A stretch of 63,723 bases of DNA from Bacteroidales bacterium. Lineage in GTDB: Bacteria > Bacteroidota > Bacteroidia > Bacteroidales > VadinHA17. Shown here one piece after another: positions 63,548-63,723 of this stretch. The stretch covers positions 1 to 63,723 of the forward strand of contig JAAYUS010000132.1 of NCBI GenBank assembly GCA_012517605.1. The letters are read 5' to 3'. Each line of letters starts with the position of its first letter. Positions within the stretch are counted from its first letter, which is position 1. Position numbers and translations under genes: made by a program. The notes under the pieces were generated by a model that ran no database searches, had not been told where the DNA came from, and saw nothing but the letters and a program-made list of their open reading frames with translations.

Positions 63548-63723
63548 CCTGAAATAAGCGATCAGAAAAAGGACGGTGTCTGCTTCTGTCAACTTCTGGC
63601 AGCTTCTGGCAATATCTGGCAACTTCTGTCAACTTTTTCCTGGCTTTTTCCTGCAATCATATCAGCATAATTGTTGAACTTTAATATCAGGACCAGTTTG
63701 ATCTATGAAAGATTTTCAACTTA
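63548..63723 (+). repeat. Island repeat element, copy C (6 x 10-bp iterons at 63578-63637), truncated by the window end
   Basis: CCTGAAATAAGCGATCAGAAAAAGGACGGTGTC, then iterons GTCTGCTTCT GTCAACTTCT GGCAGCTTCT GGCAATATCT GGCAACTTCT GTCAACTTTT, then TCCTGGCTTTTTCCTGCAATCATATCAGCATAATTGTTGAACTTTA... Confidence 0.85.

Noticed and set aside
57172-63723. An integron-like cassette array or a classic tRNA-integrated prophage/ICE with defined att sites.
   Set aside because: No intI-like, tyrosine or serine recombinase is visible, and no phage or conjugation genes. The repeat elements lack attC-like symmetric structure. I found no direct repeat of the tRNA-Ser 3' end to the right of the tRNA. Only the looser term accessory island is supported.

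Overview
This 63.7-kb window comes from a Bacteroidota chromosome. The evidence is the T9SS genes gldJ/porU/porV, TTTG/TAnnTTTG-type promoter boxes and many lipobox lipoproteins. About 56 kb is tightly packed core DNA. It holds tRNA-Val, three tandem repeat-modular FISUMP-domain lipoproteins, a PAS histidine kinase, TerC, an M28 peptidase, folC, PIN-PhoH, a DUF1080 protein and a five-gene operon (mtaB, IMPase-like, LpxL-like acyltransferase, GT2, phosphoesterase). It continues with murF, the gldJ / porP-sprF-like / porU / porV locus, ispF, hutU, Zn-ribbon+Nif3, MerR, two M23 peptidases, alaS and an acyl-CoA ligase. The remainder is an SSS transporter, recR, a lone E2 acyltransferase, two TPR/PD40/(OmpA)/SPOR-like paralogs, GNAT, rlmN, a lipoprotein and dcp. 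Three regions are non-core. (1) At 52.2-53.0 kb a decayed IS200/RAYT-like Y1 transposase remnant is flanked by oppositely oriented tandem REP-like arrays. (2) Three 59-bp tandem repeats directly upstream of tRNA-Ser(CGA) are pseudo-copies of that tRNA's 5' third. (3) Downstream of tRNA-Ser lies an accessory island of more than 6.5 kb that looks more AT-rich by eye and runs off the window. The island carries an Arch_ATPase/DUF234-type ATPase, a decayed AbiEii-type TA pair and an intact HEPN-MNT pair. It also carries a double-glycine-leader six-Cys peptide gene next to a 6-bladed beta-propeller lipoprotein, a C5-T12-G19 homopolymer block and a small HTH-like ORF. The island modules are separated by three same-orientation copies of a noncoding element that contains 7, 3 and 6 units of a 10-bp iteron. 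I consider this iteron element and the peptide/propeller pair the best candidates for something undescribed. No CRISPR array, rRNA, integrase or intact transposase is visible.
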